Part shown: positions 46,838 through 56,872 of the stretch, in pieces
Layout of the letters: every line of letters begins with the position of its first letter
Position numbering within the stretch: the stretch's first letter is position 1
From: an uncultured Ignavibacteria bacterium
GTDB lineage: Bacteria > Bacteroidota > Ignavibacteria > Tepidaquicellales > OLB5
Reading direction: 5' to 3'
NCBI GenBank assembly: GCA_947084945.1
Contig: CAMTUP010000009.1
Coordinates: forward strand, 205,882-269,881
Length of the DNA: 64,000 bases
Position numbers and translations under genes: made by a program
The notes under the pieces: generated by a model
The model's database searches: none
What the model saw: only the letters and a program-made list of their open reading frames with translations
Told to the model about the DNA's origin: nothing

Positions 46838-46978
46838 AAACTCACCTTACGCATTCCACTCAGCGCCTGAAGCAGGTCGAAGAACTGCGCTGGCATGTCA
46901 TGAATCCCTTGTTTTTGTAGCGGGAATGACAAAAATCTTGCAGTTGGCACAGCTCGAGAATTTTGCGTAAGGTCAATT
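46838..46978. repeat. palindromic element, AACTCACCTTACGCA family
   Basis: The left arm AACTCACCTTACGCATTCC faces the right arm TTTTGCGTAAGGTCAATT. CACAGCTCGAGAAT matches the inverted CGAGCTGTG of 14523-14531. Confidence 0.75.
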
Positions 46979-46998
46979 ATTAACTATAAATTTAAGAT

Positions 46999-47703
46999 AT
47001 GAAAATATTATATATCTTCCCTCATCCTGATGATGAGTCATTTGGTCCTGCTCATGCAATGTCAAAACAGCGAAGGGATGGTCATGAAGTTTACCTTTTA
47101 ACATTAACTAAAGGCGGTGCTACAAAACAGCGGCATAAATACGGCTATTCTATTGAAGAAATGGGAGAAGTACGATATAGAGAAATGCTTAATGTTGCCA
47201 AGGTATTAGACCTAAGTGGAATGAATGTCCTTGACCTGCCTGATAGCGGATTAAAGGAAATGGACCCAAGGGATATTGAAAAAGTTGTGAAAGATGAAAT
47301 TGAAAGATTAAAACCAAATGTCATAGTTACATATGCTGTTCATGGTATTAGTGGTTTCCACGATCATTTGATAATACATGGAATAGTAAAAAGAGTGTTT
47401 GTAGAAATGAAAGAAACATCATCATATTTAAAAAGACTGGCATTTTTCACAGTTACAGAAGAAGAAGCAGCAAAACAAAAGCATTTTAAGATAAGTGGAT
47501 CAAAACCCGAAGAGATTGATTGTATTGTTGAAGTTGAACAGCAGGATATTGATAACACATTAAAAGCGTTGGATTGTTATGTAACATTTCAGGAAACTAT
47601 CAAAGCAACAAATATTCAACAGCATATTACAAATGAAGTTGTATTTGAAATATTCGGTGAAACACATAAACCAAAATTAAAAGATCTTTTTGAAAAACTA
47701 TAA
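46999..47703 (+). CDS. PIG-L/LmbE-family deacetylase
   Basis: MKILYIFPHPDDESFG motif. Confidence 0.8.
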   Translation: MKILYIFPHPDDESFGPAHAMSKQRRDGHEVYLLTLTKGGATKQRHKYGYSIEEMGEVRYREMLNVAKVLDLSGMNVLDLPDSGLKEMDPRDIEKVVKDEIERLKPNVIVTYAVHGISGFHDHLIIHGIVKRVFVEMKETSSYLKRLAFFTVTEEEAAKQKHFKISGSKPEEIDCIVEVEQQDIDNTLKALDCYVTFQETIKATNIQQHITNEVVFEIFGETHKPKLKDLFEKL

Positions 47704-47732
47704 ACTAAACATAACCAGGAGGGTTGTAAAAA

Positions 47733-48395
47733 ATGTTGAAAATCAATTCATTACTTAAAACAATATTGCCAGTAATATTTGCGGCAATTATTTTTATAGG
47801 TTGCGGCAAAACAGATAACAATACATCAGGCCAGAACCAAAAACAAAGTGAAACAAAAGATGCAAAAGGAACTTCATTTAAGATAAACAAAAGTGAAAGT
47901 GTAATTGATTGGACAGGAAAAAAAGTTACAGAATCTCATTCCGGCACGATTGGACTTGCAGGCGGTGAACTGTTCATTAATAACGGGAATCTTACCGGAG
48001 GAAGCTTTGAGGTTGATATGAAATCACTCAAAGTACTTGATATCACTGATGCTGATATGAACTCTAAGCTCACAGGTCATCTTAAAAACGATGATTTCTT
48101 CTCTATAGATAAGCATCCTACTGCAAAGTTAGAAATAACGGGAGTCAGCAATAAGGGAAATGAGAATTACGAAGTAACCGGGAATCTGATAATAAAAGGA
48201 ATTACAAAGCCGATTACTTTTCCCGCAGTATTAAAAGTAAACGATAAAAAATTGACCGCTCAAGCAAACATAGAGGTGGACAGAACGCTTTATGATATTA
48301 AATATGGCTCAGGGAAATTTTTTGAAAAACTGGGAGATAAACTTATCTCCGATATTTTCACTCTAAAAGTTAAGCTCTCTGCAAACTCACAATAG
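47733..48395 (+). CDS. YceI-family periplasmic protein (lipoprotein)
   Basis: Has a lipobox (FIGCGK) and the YceI-like HSGTIGLAGGEL...VDMKSL. Confidence 0.8.
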   Translation: MLKINSLLKTILPVIFAAIIFIGCGKTDNNTSGQNQKQSETKDAKGTSFKINKSESVIDWTGKKVTESHSGTIGLAGGELFINNGNLTGGSFEVDMKSLKVLDITDADMNSKLTGHLKNDDFFSIDKHPTAKLEITGVSNKGNENYEVTGNLIIKGITKPITFPAVLKVNDKKLTAQANIEVDRTLYDIKYGSGKFFEKLGDKLISDIFTLKVKLSANSQ

Positions 48396-48534
48396 TAATA
48401 TTTGCAATTCCGTTTTTAGTCTTCAGAGTTGGACATTTAATAAATGCTATTATGATGGCTGGCATGGTACCAATTCCGGGCTGAATATTTAACAGGGAGT
48501 CAAACAAGCCCGCTGCCTAAGAAAAGTTTTATTT

Positions 48535-49000
48535 TTAACTTACTCAAGTTGACCGTTTACTGTCTGAAAAACCAGATTTTCAATTTATGAATTAACTCCG
48601 ACATTTAGAGGCTGTCTCAAAAGTGCTTTGTCATTCCTGTCTGCCCTGTTTTTAGGGCGAAAGCAGGAATCTTTAATAATTTTAAAATAAATTTTTCAAA
48701 ATAAAGATTTTTGAGACAACCTCTTTATGTTGGGGGTTTAGAAATACCATAAATCCAGGGCTTTCCTGACTTATTGAGCGTAGCGCCACGCCTTAAAAAC
48801 CACGAAGTGGGAGGAAGGAAAGTGGATTTTGACCTTTAGGAAGTAGCCCTGAAATATCATTGCTAAAACCAGAAAATTACTCCAAAGGAGTCCCTTCGGG
48901 ATAAAGTTACTTATTATTGATTTGAAACTCGTAGTTATTGTAAAAATGTGAGACCTTTAGGCAAGAGTTTGTTATAATAACAGTCAACTTGAGTAACTTA
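48535..49000. repeat. full-length composite palindromic (MITE-like) element, about 466 bp
   Basis: Terminal inverted repeats TAACTTACTCAAGTTGAC / GTCAACTTGAGTAACTTA. At least four levels of nested hairpins inside. Confidence 0.85.
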
Positions 49001-49066
49001 TAAAGCGAAGGCAGTAATTCCTTCGCTTTTCCCAAAGGGATGGATACCCAAACTTTTTAAAATATT

Positions 49067-49924
49067 ATGAAAATACCTGATAACACAAAAATACAAAGCG
49101 TTGATCTTAAAGTAAAAGATCTGAAAACTTCATTGAATTTTTATTCACATTTAATGGGTTTCAAAATAATTTCACAAAACGAAACCTCAGCAATGCTCTC
49201 AGCAAATAGAAGTTTGCCGTATATACTACAGCTTCATGAGGATAAAAATTCCATACATAAACCATACGGCTCTACCGGACTTTTCCATATAGCTATCAGT
49301 CTACCAAACAGAAAAGAGCTTGCAAGGGTATTTTTAAGAATGTTTGAGAATAAAGTAAAGTTCCAGGGATTTTCTGATCACCTTGTGAGTGAAGCAGTTT
49401 ACTTAGAAGACCCCGATGAAAATGGAGTTGAATTGTATTGTGATAGACCCCGTGAAGAATGGCAGTATAAAATGGGACAAGTGGAAATGGCAACACTTCC
49501 GCTTAACCTGAACATACTTACAAATGAACTGGATGATAGAAATGTATGGAATGGCATTCATCCGTATACCGATATTGGGCATATACACTTGAGTGTTTCG
49601 GATATTAAAAAAGCACAAAATTTTTACAGCATACTTCTTGGTCTGAATGTAACAAACTCAACTTATCCCGGAGCCATGTTCTTTTCAGCCGGTGGTTACC
49701 ACCATCATATTGGTGCTAATGTATGATCATCAAAAAACGGCTCACCTGCAATAAATAAAAATGCTGTAGGATTGTTGAATTATACTATCCAAGTTCCTGA
49801 TGAAGAATACATGAAAGTTGTTCAAACCCGCGCAACAGAATCTGAATTGCTGATTGAACCTTTCAATGGTAAAAATCTTGTAATTAGCGATATGGATAGA
49901 AACAAAATAACTCTTATTTTATAA
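49067..49924 (+). pseudogene. two-domain VOC/glyoxalase-type (catechol dioxygenase-like) gene interrupted by an in-frame TGA
   Basis: The frame continues for 65 more codons after the TGA at 49724-49726. Joined length is 285 aa. The stop sits in GGYHHHIGANV*SS, where related proteins, as I recall, have ...HH.G.N.W. Confidence 0.6.
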
Positions 49925-50000
49925 CGGAAATGGGTTTTTATACTCGTTTTCTTTCTGTAATTTACACTATAACCCCGACACATCAGGATAACAAATTTCT

Positions 50001-50519
50001 ATGAAGATTGAGATTGTACATTACAACAGTGAGTGGTCTGTAATGTATGAAGAAATTAAGAAGCTGTTCTTTAACTCATTTGGCGAAAAAATTGCCAAAA
50101 TAGAACATATTGGTAGCACATCAGTTCCGGGTTTGGGTGCTAAACCTATAATTGACGTTTTGCTGGGTGTAAATAAGCTTAGTGATGCTGAAAAAATTAT
50201 CCCGAACATGGAACAACTGGGTTATGAATATGTGTTTAAATTTGAAGATATTATGCCTGAGAGAAGATATTTTGTTAAATACCAAAATGAAAAAAGTATT
50301 CATCATATTCACACTGTTGAAATAACAAGTGAATTCTGGAAAAGACACCTTTTATTCAGAGATTTCCTCAGGTTACATGATAATGTAAGAGATAAGTATT
50401 ACAAACTGAAGAAAAAACTTGCAGGGATTGATTGGGAAGATACAATGGGATACACTGATTCTAAAACAGATTTTATCAGAAAAATAGAAAAGGAAGCTAA
50501 ATCTTATTTTAATAATTAA
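50001..50519 (+). CDS. GrpB-family protein
   Basis: Has IEHIGSTSVPGLGAKPIIDVL and HHIH. Confidence 0.8.
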   Translation: MKIEIVHYNSEWSVMYEEIKKLFFNSFGEKIAKIEHIGSTSVPGLGAKPIIDVLLGVNKLSDAEKIIPNMEQLGYEYVFKFEDIMPERRYFVKYQNEKSIHHIHTVEITSEFWKRHLLFRDFLRLHDNVRDKYYKLKKKLAGIDWEDTMGYTDSKTDFIRKIEKEAKSYFNN

Positions 50520-50580
50520 ATCATTTTTACTCCTAATATTCTTAGCAATTAATGTTTCATGCCAGCAGAAAATTGTTAAG

Positions 50581-51561
50581 TTGCTACCACCTGAGAGCGG
50601 AATTTATCATACTGCATTTTCAACTACATATTCCTCATCAAATAATGTATCAGAAAGTGAGGTACCTTATTTTGAGAACTTAGCAGGCAGGGAAATAGTT
50701 TGGATGAATTTTCAGAGTGATTGGTTTAACGGTATAAAATTTCCTGCTGAATCGGTAAAGAACATCTGGAAAAGCGGAGCTTTACCTTCAATAAGAATGC
50801 TTCCGTGGAGCACATACGATAAAAATGACCAGACTTATTCACTAAAGAAAATTGTTGACGGTAAATTTGATATAGAATTAAGAAAGTGGGCGAAGGAACT
50901 TAAACAGACCGATATACCAGTATTAATAGGATTTGCAGGTGAGCCAAACGGTGATTGGTTTCCATGGAGCGGTGTGCAAAATGGAGGTGGGCTAACCACA
51001 GGTTATGGTGATAAAAAACTTGCAGATGGTCCTGAGCTTTACCGTGATGCATACAGGCATATCATTGATCTGTTTAATGATGAAGAAGCTAATAAAGTAA
51101 CCTGGATTTTTCATGTAAATTCTACAGGCGCACCAAACGAGGAATGGAACAGTATTAAAAATTATTACCCGGGAGATGAATATATTGACTGGATAGGCAT
51201 CAGCGCTTACGGGGCGCAGAGATGGGGAGAAAGTTACCAGAGATTTGTTGATATTATGCAACCCGGTTATGAACAGCTTTTAAAACTTACTCTGGATAAA
51301 CCAATTGCTATTTTAGAATTTGGTGTTGCTGATTACCTGCCAAATGTTAATAAAGCATTGTGGATACAAAGTGCTTTATATACTATCCAACAGCCGGAGT
51401 TCAGCCGCATCAAAGCCGTAGGTTGGTGGCACTCAACATGGCTGAACCATGACGGAACAATGTCAGCAATCACTATAGATTCATCCCCTGAATCATTAAG
51501 ATTTTACAGGGAAGCAATAGCACAGCCCGTATTTGTAAGTGAATATAAACTTTCAAATTAA
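50581..51561 (+). CDS. glycoside hydrolase, GH26-like
   Basis: Has GFAGEPNGDWFPWSG, YYPGDEYIDWIGISAYG and ILEFGV. The true start probably lies upstream (see findings). Confidence 0.6.
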   Translation: MLPPESGIYHTAFSTTYSSSNNVSESEVPYFENLAGREIVWMNFQSDWFNGIKFPAESVKNIWKSGALPSIRMLPWSTYDKNDQTYSLKKIVDGKFDIELRKWAKELKQTDIPVLIGFAGEPNGDWFPWSGVQNGGGLTTGYGDKKLADGPELYRDAYRHIIDLFNDEEANKVTWIFHVNSTGAPNEEWNSIKNYYPGDEYIDWIGISAYGAQRWGESYQRFVDIMQPGYEQLLKLTLDKPIAILEFGVADYLPNVNKALWIQSALYTIQQPEFSRIKAVGWWHSTWLNHDGTMSAITIDSSPESLRFYREAIAQPVFVSEYKLSN

Positions 51562-51776
51562 TCCCTTTTGCGGGGAGCGAAGCGCTGTTCCCGCCTCTGA
51601 CGTGGGCAAAGCTATCTCAAAGAAGCAAAGCAATAACAATAAATAAAAAACATAACAACATAGATTAATGACACTTTTACTTTGTCACCTGAACCTAGAC
51701 TTGTTTCTAAGTTTGTTTCAGTGTCTATAAAATAACAAACCAAAATGCTGAAACGACATAAAGTCAAGAGTTCAGC

Positions 51777-52352
51777 ATGACAATTAGAACAATGAACGAT
51801 AAAATAATAATCAGTATATGCGGCGCAGCAGGAGCCGGCAAATCAACCCTTGCAAAAAAATTAGCCCGCGAGCTTGGCGATACTATGGCTTCACGGATAC
51901 CGGGAGACTACTATCTTAAATCATATAACAACGAGCCATATGAAGAATATATGAACACTCCTTTTAAATATGATTGGGAGCTTATTAAGAAAGTAATTGA
52001 TACTCCAATAGGGCTGCAGGCTGAGAGTCCCGATTTTGATTTTGTTAAATTAATCAGGAATGATAAATCAGGAGGTAAACCTTTTACTGTTCGCAGGTAT
52101 ATGATAATTGATACTATACTACCCTATCCAAAAAGTAATTATATTTTCAGGGTATCTGGTCCGGAAGACTTAAGGCTTAAAAATATTAAAGAGCGAGATA
52201 AAGCCCAGAAAACAAACTCCGAGCGCAACTGGAAGAAAATGGAATGCACAGCCAAAGAGCTTGATACAAAGAAGTACCGGTTTAATCTTGTCTTAAGTTC
52301 CTTTAATGATGTTGATGTAAACGTAGGGAAAATTGTAGATTATTTGAAGTAG
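51777..52352 (+). CDS. P-loop kinase (uridine kinase/PRK-like)
   Basis: Walker A ISICGAAGAGKSTLAKKL. Confidence 0.6.
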   Translation: MTIRTMNDKIIISICGAAGAGKSTLAKKLARELGDTMASRIPGDYYLKSYNNEPYEEYMNTPFKYDWELIKKVIDTPIGLQAESPDFDFVKLIRNDKSGGKPFTVRRYMIIDTILPYPKSNYIFRVSGPEDLRLKNIKERDKAQKTNSERNWKKMECTAKELDTKKYRFNLVLSSFNDVDVNVGKIVDYLK

Positions 52353-52362
52353 CTATATATTC

Positions 52363-52554
52363 TTAAATCGGGATACTCTCACGATTTGTACTTTTTTCTT
52401 CTGACCACAGTTTAATTAAATCTTCTGCTGCAGTTTTTGCTCCTTCAATCCCTATTCCATGAGTAGTTAAATCAAGTGCAGGTATATGTGCATAAAAATA
52501 ATTATCAGGTAGTGAACCATCTTTTATTTTTTCGTAAATAATTATATGTTTCAT
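52363..52554 (-). CDS. small HicB-like (UPF0150-like) protein
   Basis: YFYAHIPALDLTTHGIGIEGAKTAAEDLIKLW resembles the HicB N-domain pattern. 63 aa. Confidence 0.4.
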   Translation of the reverse strand: MKHIIIYEKIKDGSLPDNYFYAHIPALDLTTHGIGIEGAKTAAEDLIKLWSEEKSTNRESIPI

Positions 52555-52619
52555 TCGAAAGTAATTTATGCTTTGATGATTAAATCCGCATTCTCAAATC
52601 CGCAAATCCGAAATCAATT

Positions 52620-54218
52620 TTATACCTGCAGCACACCCGGGTTAAACTTCGGTATGTTTGGATTATTGTTCGTGCATTCAATACATGTTGAAATTATCTT
52701 TCTTGTATCAGCAGGGTCAATTAATCCATCAACCCAAAGCCTTGAAGCTGCATATAACGGGTCGGCGTGAGCTTCATACTTTTCCTTTATCTCTTTTAAC
52801 ATAGCATCCTGTTCTTCCTGAGTAAGCTCTGCGTTACCCTGTTTTTTCAACTGTCCAACTTTAATATTCAGCAGTACATTGCTTGCCTGTGAGCCGCCCA
52901 TTACCGCAATTGATGCAGTTGGGTAAGCAAATATAAATCTAGGGTCATAAGCCTTACCGCACATTGCATAGTTTCCGGCGCCATAGCTATTGCCAACAAT
53001 TATTGTAATTTTTGGTACTACAGAATTAGCCACCGCATTCACCATTTTTGCGCCATCTTTTATAATACCGCCATGTTCAGCTCTTGAGCCAACCATAAAT
53101 CCGGTTACATCCTGTAAAAATACGAGTGGAATCTTTTTCTGGTTGCAGTTCATAATGAATCTTGCACCTTTATCTGCGCTATCGGAATAAATCACTCCCC
53201 CAACCTGCATTTCACCCTTAGCAGTCTTTTCAATCTTTCTTTGGTTAGCAACAATACCAACTGCCCAGCCGTTAATTCTGGCATACGCTGTTATGATTGT
53301 CTTGCCGTAACCGGCTTTGTATTCATCTATCTCGCTTCCATCTGTAATTCGTGCAATAAGTTCAAACATATCATAAGGCTTAGCTCTATCCTGCGGCATA
53401 ATACCATATATTTCCTTTTCAGGGTACAAAGGATCCTTTGATTCAATTCTATCAAATCCTGCTTTTTCAGTACGTCCAAATTTGCTTATTAAACTTCTGA
53501 TAGTTTCCAGACACTCTTCATCGCTTTTCATCTTATAATCAGTAATGCCTGAAATTTCAGTATGGACAGTAGCCCCTCCAAGTGCCTCATTATCTATATT
53601 TTCGCCAATTGCTGCTTTAACCAGATGAGAGCCTGCAAGGAATACACTGCCATTACCTTCAACTATCAATGCTTCATCGCTCATAATAGGCAGGTAAGCG
53701 CCGCCTGCAACACAGGGTCCCATAATTGCTGCTATTTGTGGAATACCCATAGAGCTCATAACAGCATTATTGCGGAATATCCTTCCAAAGTGCTCTTTAT
53801 CGGGGAAAATATCTTCCTGCAGTGGCAAAAATACACCTGCTGAATCAACCAGATAAATAATTGGCATCTTGTTTTCAATTGCAATTTCCTGTGCCCTCAG
53901 ATTTTTCTTGCAGGTAATAGGAAACCACGCTCCGGCTTTCACTGTAGCATCGTTTGCAACAATAACACAATCCCTGCCATGAATTTTTCCGATACCGAAT
54001 ATCGTTCCGCTTGATGGCGCTCCGCCATATTCCTTATACATTCCGTAAGCAGTAAATAAACCAATTTCCATAAAGTATGAATCTTTATCTATTAAAAGGG
54101 CTACTCTTTCACGGCAGTGTAGTTTTTTCTGTCCGTGCAGCTTTTCAATTGCTTTTTTACCGCCGCCGAAAGAAATTTCTTTTGCCTCGGCATTTACTTT
54201 CCTCAGCAGGTTCTTCAT
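52620..54218 (-). CDS. acyl-CoA carboxylase carboxyltransferase (beta) subunit, MccB/PccB type
   Basis: 532 aa with two crotonase-like halves (GGAYLP, GNSYGAGNYAMCG). Confidence 0.9.
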   Translation of the reverse strand: MKNLLRKVNAEAKEISFGGGKKAIEKLHGQKKLHCRERVALLIDKDSYFMEIGLFTAYGMYKEYGGAPSSGTIFGIGKIHGRDCVIVANDATVKAGAWFPITCKKNLRAQEIAIENKMPIIYLVDSAGVFLPLQEDIFPDKEHFGRIFRNNAVMSSMGIPQIAAIMGPCVAGGAYLPIMSDEALIVEGNGSVFLAGSHLVKAAIGENIDNEALGGATVHTEISGITDYKMKSDEECLETIRSLISKFGRTEKAGFDRIESKDPLYPEKEIYGIMPQDRAKPYDMFELIARITDGSEIDEYKAGYGKTIITAYARINGWAVGIVANQRKIEKTAKGEMQVGGVIYSDSADKGARFIMNCNQKKIPLVFLQDVTGFMVGSRAEHGGIIKDGAKMVNAVANSVVPKITIIVGNSYGAGNYAMCGKAYDPRFIFAYPTASIAVMGGSQASNVLLNIKVGQLKKQGNAELTQEEQDAMLKEIKEKYEAHADPLYAASRLWVDGLIDPADTRKIISTCIECTNNNPNIPKFNPGVLQV

Positions 54219-54425
54219 ATTATCTTCGCGCTCATGGAAAGCTAAGTCCTGTGTAATATTGGATTTTATCGTTGCGATGGTATAATGCTCCTATGACTGC
54301 CCTATGGGGCAGACTTAAATTATTTGATTTTACAAAGATAAAAATATAAGTGATAATAAACTATTGCAAATACTTAGTAAATGCGTCAGCATTTACGCTT
54401 GCATTTTGGAAGAATTCAATCATTA

Positions 54426-54457
54426 CAAAAAAAAAGGACACCTTTATTGGGTATCCT
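54426..54457 (-). terminator. rho-independent terminator of clpX
   Basis: Minus strand: AGGATACC-CAATAAA-GGTGTCCT (8 bp including one G-U) followed by T9. Confidence 0.75.
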
Positions 54458-54573
54458 TCTAAAAATTTACTTTGCAGAACTTTGCTCCACTTGTTTAAGA
54501 GGTATTGAATAATGTGCTTCTTGAATGAGATCCTTCTCTCACTTTCATTGCATGAAAGTTCGCTCAGGATTTA

Positions 54574-55857
54574 TTATGCATATTGCTTGCTTGATTCCTG
54601 TATATATATTGGCTGATCTTTCTTTTCGATCACTCCTTTGGTAATTACGCACTTTGAAATATTTTCCTTTGAAGGCAGTTTATACATAATATCTATCATA
54701 ATTTCTTCGAGTATTGAGCGAAGCGCCCTTGCACCGGTTCCTTTTGTAATAGCTTTTTTAACAACTGCCTCGAGTGCCTCATCTTCAAATTCAAGCTCAA
54801 CACCTTCCATCCTGAAAAGCTTTTTATACTGCTTTACTATTGCATTCTTTGGTTCTGTTAAAATGTTAAGCAGTGCTTCTTCATTTAAAGTGTTAAGAAC
54901 TGCTGTTATGGGAAGTCTGCCTATAAATTCAGGAATCAAACCAAATCTTATCATGTCATCAGGCTCAACCTGACCCATTAGTTTATCATATTCCTTTGAT
55001 TTTTTACTTATAATTTCTGTTCCAAAACCAATTGAGGTTTGCGATACCCTTTGCTGAATTACTTTTTCTAAACCGTCAAAAGCGCCGCCACATACAAACA
55101 AAATATTTTTTGTGTTAATACTTATAAGCGGCTGCTCGGGATGCTTCCTTCCGCCTTTAGGCGGTACATTAGCAGTAGTCCCTTCAATAATTTTTAATAA
55201 AGCCTGCTGAACACCTTCACCTGATACATCACGGGTAATTGAAGTGCTATCAGACTTACGTGAAATTTTATCTATTTCATCTACATAAACAATACCGCGC
55301 TCAGCTTTTTTAACATCATAATTTGCTGATTGCAATAAGTGTACTAAAATGGTTTCAACATCATCACCCACATAACCGGCTTCTGTTAGTGTAGTAGCAT
55401 CTGCAATTGCAAACGGTACATCAAGTAATTTTGCTAATGTTTGCGCAAGGAATGTCTTTCCGCTTCCTGTTGGACCAATTAGCATTATATTGCTTTTTTC
55501 TATTTCAACATCATCCACATAACTGAACTCGTTGGAATCAATTCTTTTATAATGGTTATAAACAGCAACCGAAAGAACTTTCTTTGCTGTATCCTGTCCA
55601 ACAACATATTGATCTAAAAACTTTTTTATTCCTTCAGGTATTAGTTCATGCTTTTGCGGTAGATTTTTATTCAAACCGGCAGCAGTGCTTTGTTTAATGA
55701 TAGTCATAGCGTTAGTAATACACATATCGCAAATGTAAACCTTTTTGCCAACGTAGTTAGAAGGTCCCGCTATCATGCTAGTTACTTTATTTGCGCTTCT
55801 GCCGCAAAATGAACAAACTGGTGAATTGATGTTTTTTATGTTGGTTTTATTGGACAT
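54574..55857 (-). CDS. clpX: ATP-dependent Clp protease ATP-binding subunit ClpX
   Basis: Has the Zn finger CSFCGR...CDMC, Walker A GPTGSGKT, and IVYVDEIDK. Confidence 0.95.
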   Translation of the reverse strand: MSNKTNIKNINSPVCSFCGRSANKVTSMIAGPSNYVGKKVYICDMCITNAMTIIKQSTAAGLNKNLPQKHELIPEGIKKFLDQYVVGQDTAKKVLSVAVYNHYKRIDSNEFSYVDDVEIEKSNIMLIGPTGSGKTFLAQTLAKLLDVPFAIADATTLTEAGYVGDDVETILVHLLQSANYDVKKAERGIVYVDEIDKISRKSDSTSITRDVSGEGVQQALLKIIEGTTANVPPKGGRKHPEQPLISINTKNILFVCGGAFDGLEKVIQQRVSQTSIGFGTEIISKKSKEYDKLMGQVEPDDMIRFGLIPEFIGRLPITAVLNTLNEEALLNILTEPKNAIVKQYKKLFRMEGVELEFEDEALEAVVKKAITKGTGARALRSILEEIMIDIMYKLPSKENISKCVITKGVIEKKDQPIYIQESSKQYA

Positions 55858-55909
55858 ATATTAGTTTGTATTGTTTTGAGTCCTATAGTTAAAAAAAATA
55901 AATGAAATG

Positions 55910-55991
55910 TGCGAGATAAGGGAGTCGAACCCATACCCCTTTCGGGACTGGATCCTAAGTCCAGCGCGTCTGCCAGTTCCGCCAATCTCGC
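55910..55991 (-). tRNA. tRNA-Leu (anticodon TAG)
   Basis: Hand-folded as GCGAGAT/ATCTCGC acceptor, CTGGA-CTTAGGA-TCCAG anticodon arm, long variable arm, and a T arm with one U-U mismatch. Confidence 0.8.
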
Positions 55992-56017
55992 AATATTAAA
56001 AACAAAATTCATTAAAT

Positions 56018-56118
56018 TAATAAATCAAATTACGCATATACCATGATTCACAGACAGGAATATCTGTGTTACTAACTCACCTTGTGCCCTAAAACAGGGC
56101 AGACAGTAACGTTGCGTA
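56018..56118. repeat. palindromic element, AACTCACCTT...AAGGTGAGTT family
   Basis: Collinear with 44735-44842. Lies between the two tRNA genes. Confidence 0.8.
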
Positions 56119-56402
56119 AGGTGAGTTAATAAATCAAATTATTTAGGATTTGCGGCAGTACGTGATACCATTTCCGCCACCCAAGCTTTTATATAAAAGA
56201 ACCTTTCAAACATAAACAAATATGTTTTAAAATGCAAGAACCCTTTTAAAATAATATAGTTACAGTATTATCCTAAAGAATAAGTTTAATCATTGACTTA
56301 TTCATAGGGTTTCTGAGTATTTAATGCAATAAAATAGAAAAAGGTTGCATGATAATCAATACTCTAAACTAACTATTATACAGCAAAATAAAATAAAAAC
56401 TG

Positions 56403-56476
56403 TCGGCGCGACTGGACTTGAACCAGCGACCCCCACTACCCCAAAGTGGTGCGCTACCGGGCTGCGCTACGCGCCG
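56403..56476 (-). tRNA. tRNA-Pro (anticodon GGG)
   Basis: Hand-folded as CGGCGCG/CGCGCCG acceptor, CCACT-TTGGGGT-AGTGG anticodon arm, and GCTGG-TTCAAGT-CCAGT T arm. 74 nt. Confidence 0.85.
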
Positions 56477-56805
56477 AAGAGTTTATCAATACAAATTTAA
56501 AAATTTAAAAAGAACTAAAAAAGCCACTAAACTCAGGAAAAGCGAAAGTCAGGAAATCAAAGAAAAGCAAATCAAAAGCTTTCAACACAGAGGGCAACTT
56601 TCAAAAGGCGAAAGTCGTGGCAGAGAACACTGAGAAAACCTTTATCCACTCCGTGTAGCAAGGCATAGACAAAACTTTTTCTCACAAAGTCGAAAAGAAC
56701 CATGCCAAAGGCAAGCCTGAACAAAGGCACAAAAAAACTTTTTTTAAAATAACTACTCATTTACAATTTTTTGTTTACATCAATTTTCTGCTAACTCTAC
56801 GTATA

Positions 56806-56839
56806 AACAAAAAAGCCTGAAATATTTTACAGGCTTTTA
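56806..56839 (-). terminator. rho-independent terminator downstream of the MerR-family gene
   Basis: Minus strand: AGCCTG-TAAAATATTT-CAGGCT followed by TTTTTTG. Confidence 0.6.
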
Positions 56840-56872
56840 AAAATTGTTCCCAATTTTCGTTCAGGATTTGTA

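Noticed and set aside
49724-49726. In-frame TGA considered as evidence for an alternative genetic code (TGA = Trp).
   Set aside because: TGA terminates several well-defined genes here at the expected protein ends (ruvA, ruvC, hicB, the LbH transferase, the DUF2795-like gene followed by a terminator). The standard code applies, and this is treated as a local nonsense change or sequencing error.
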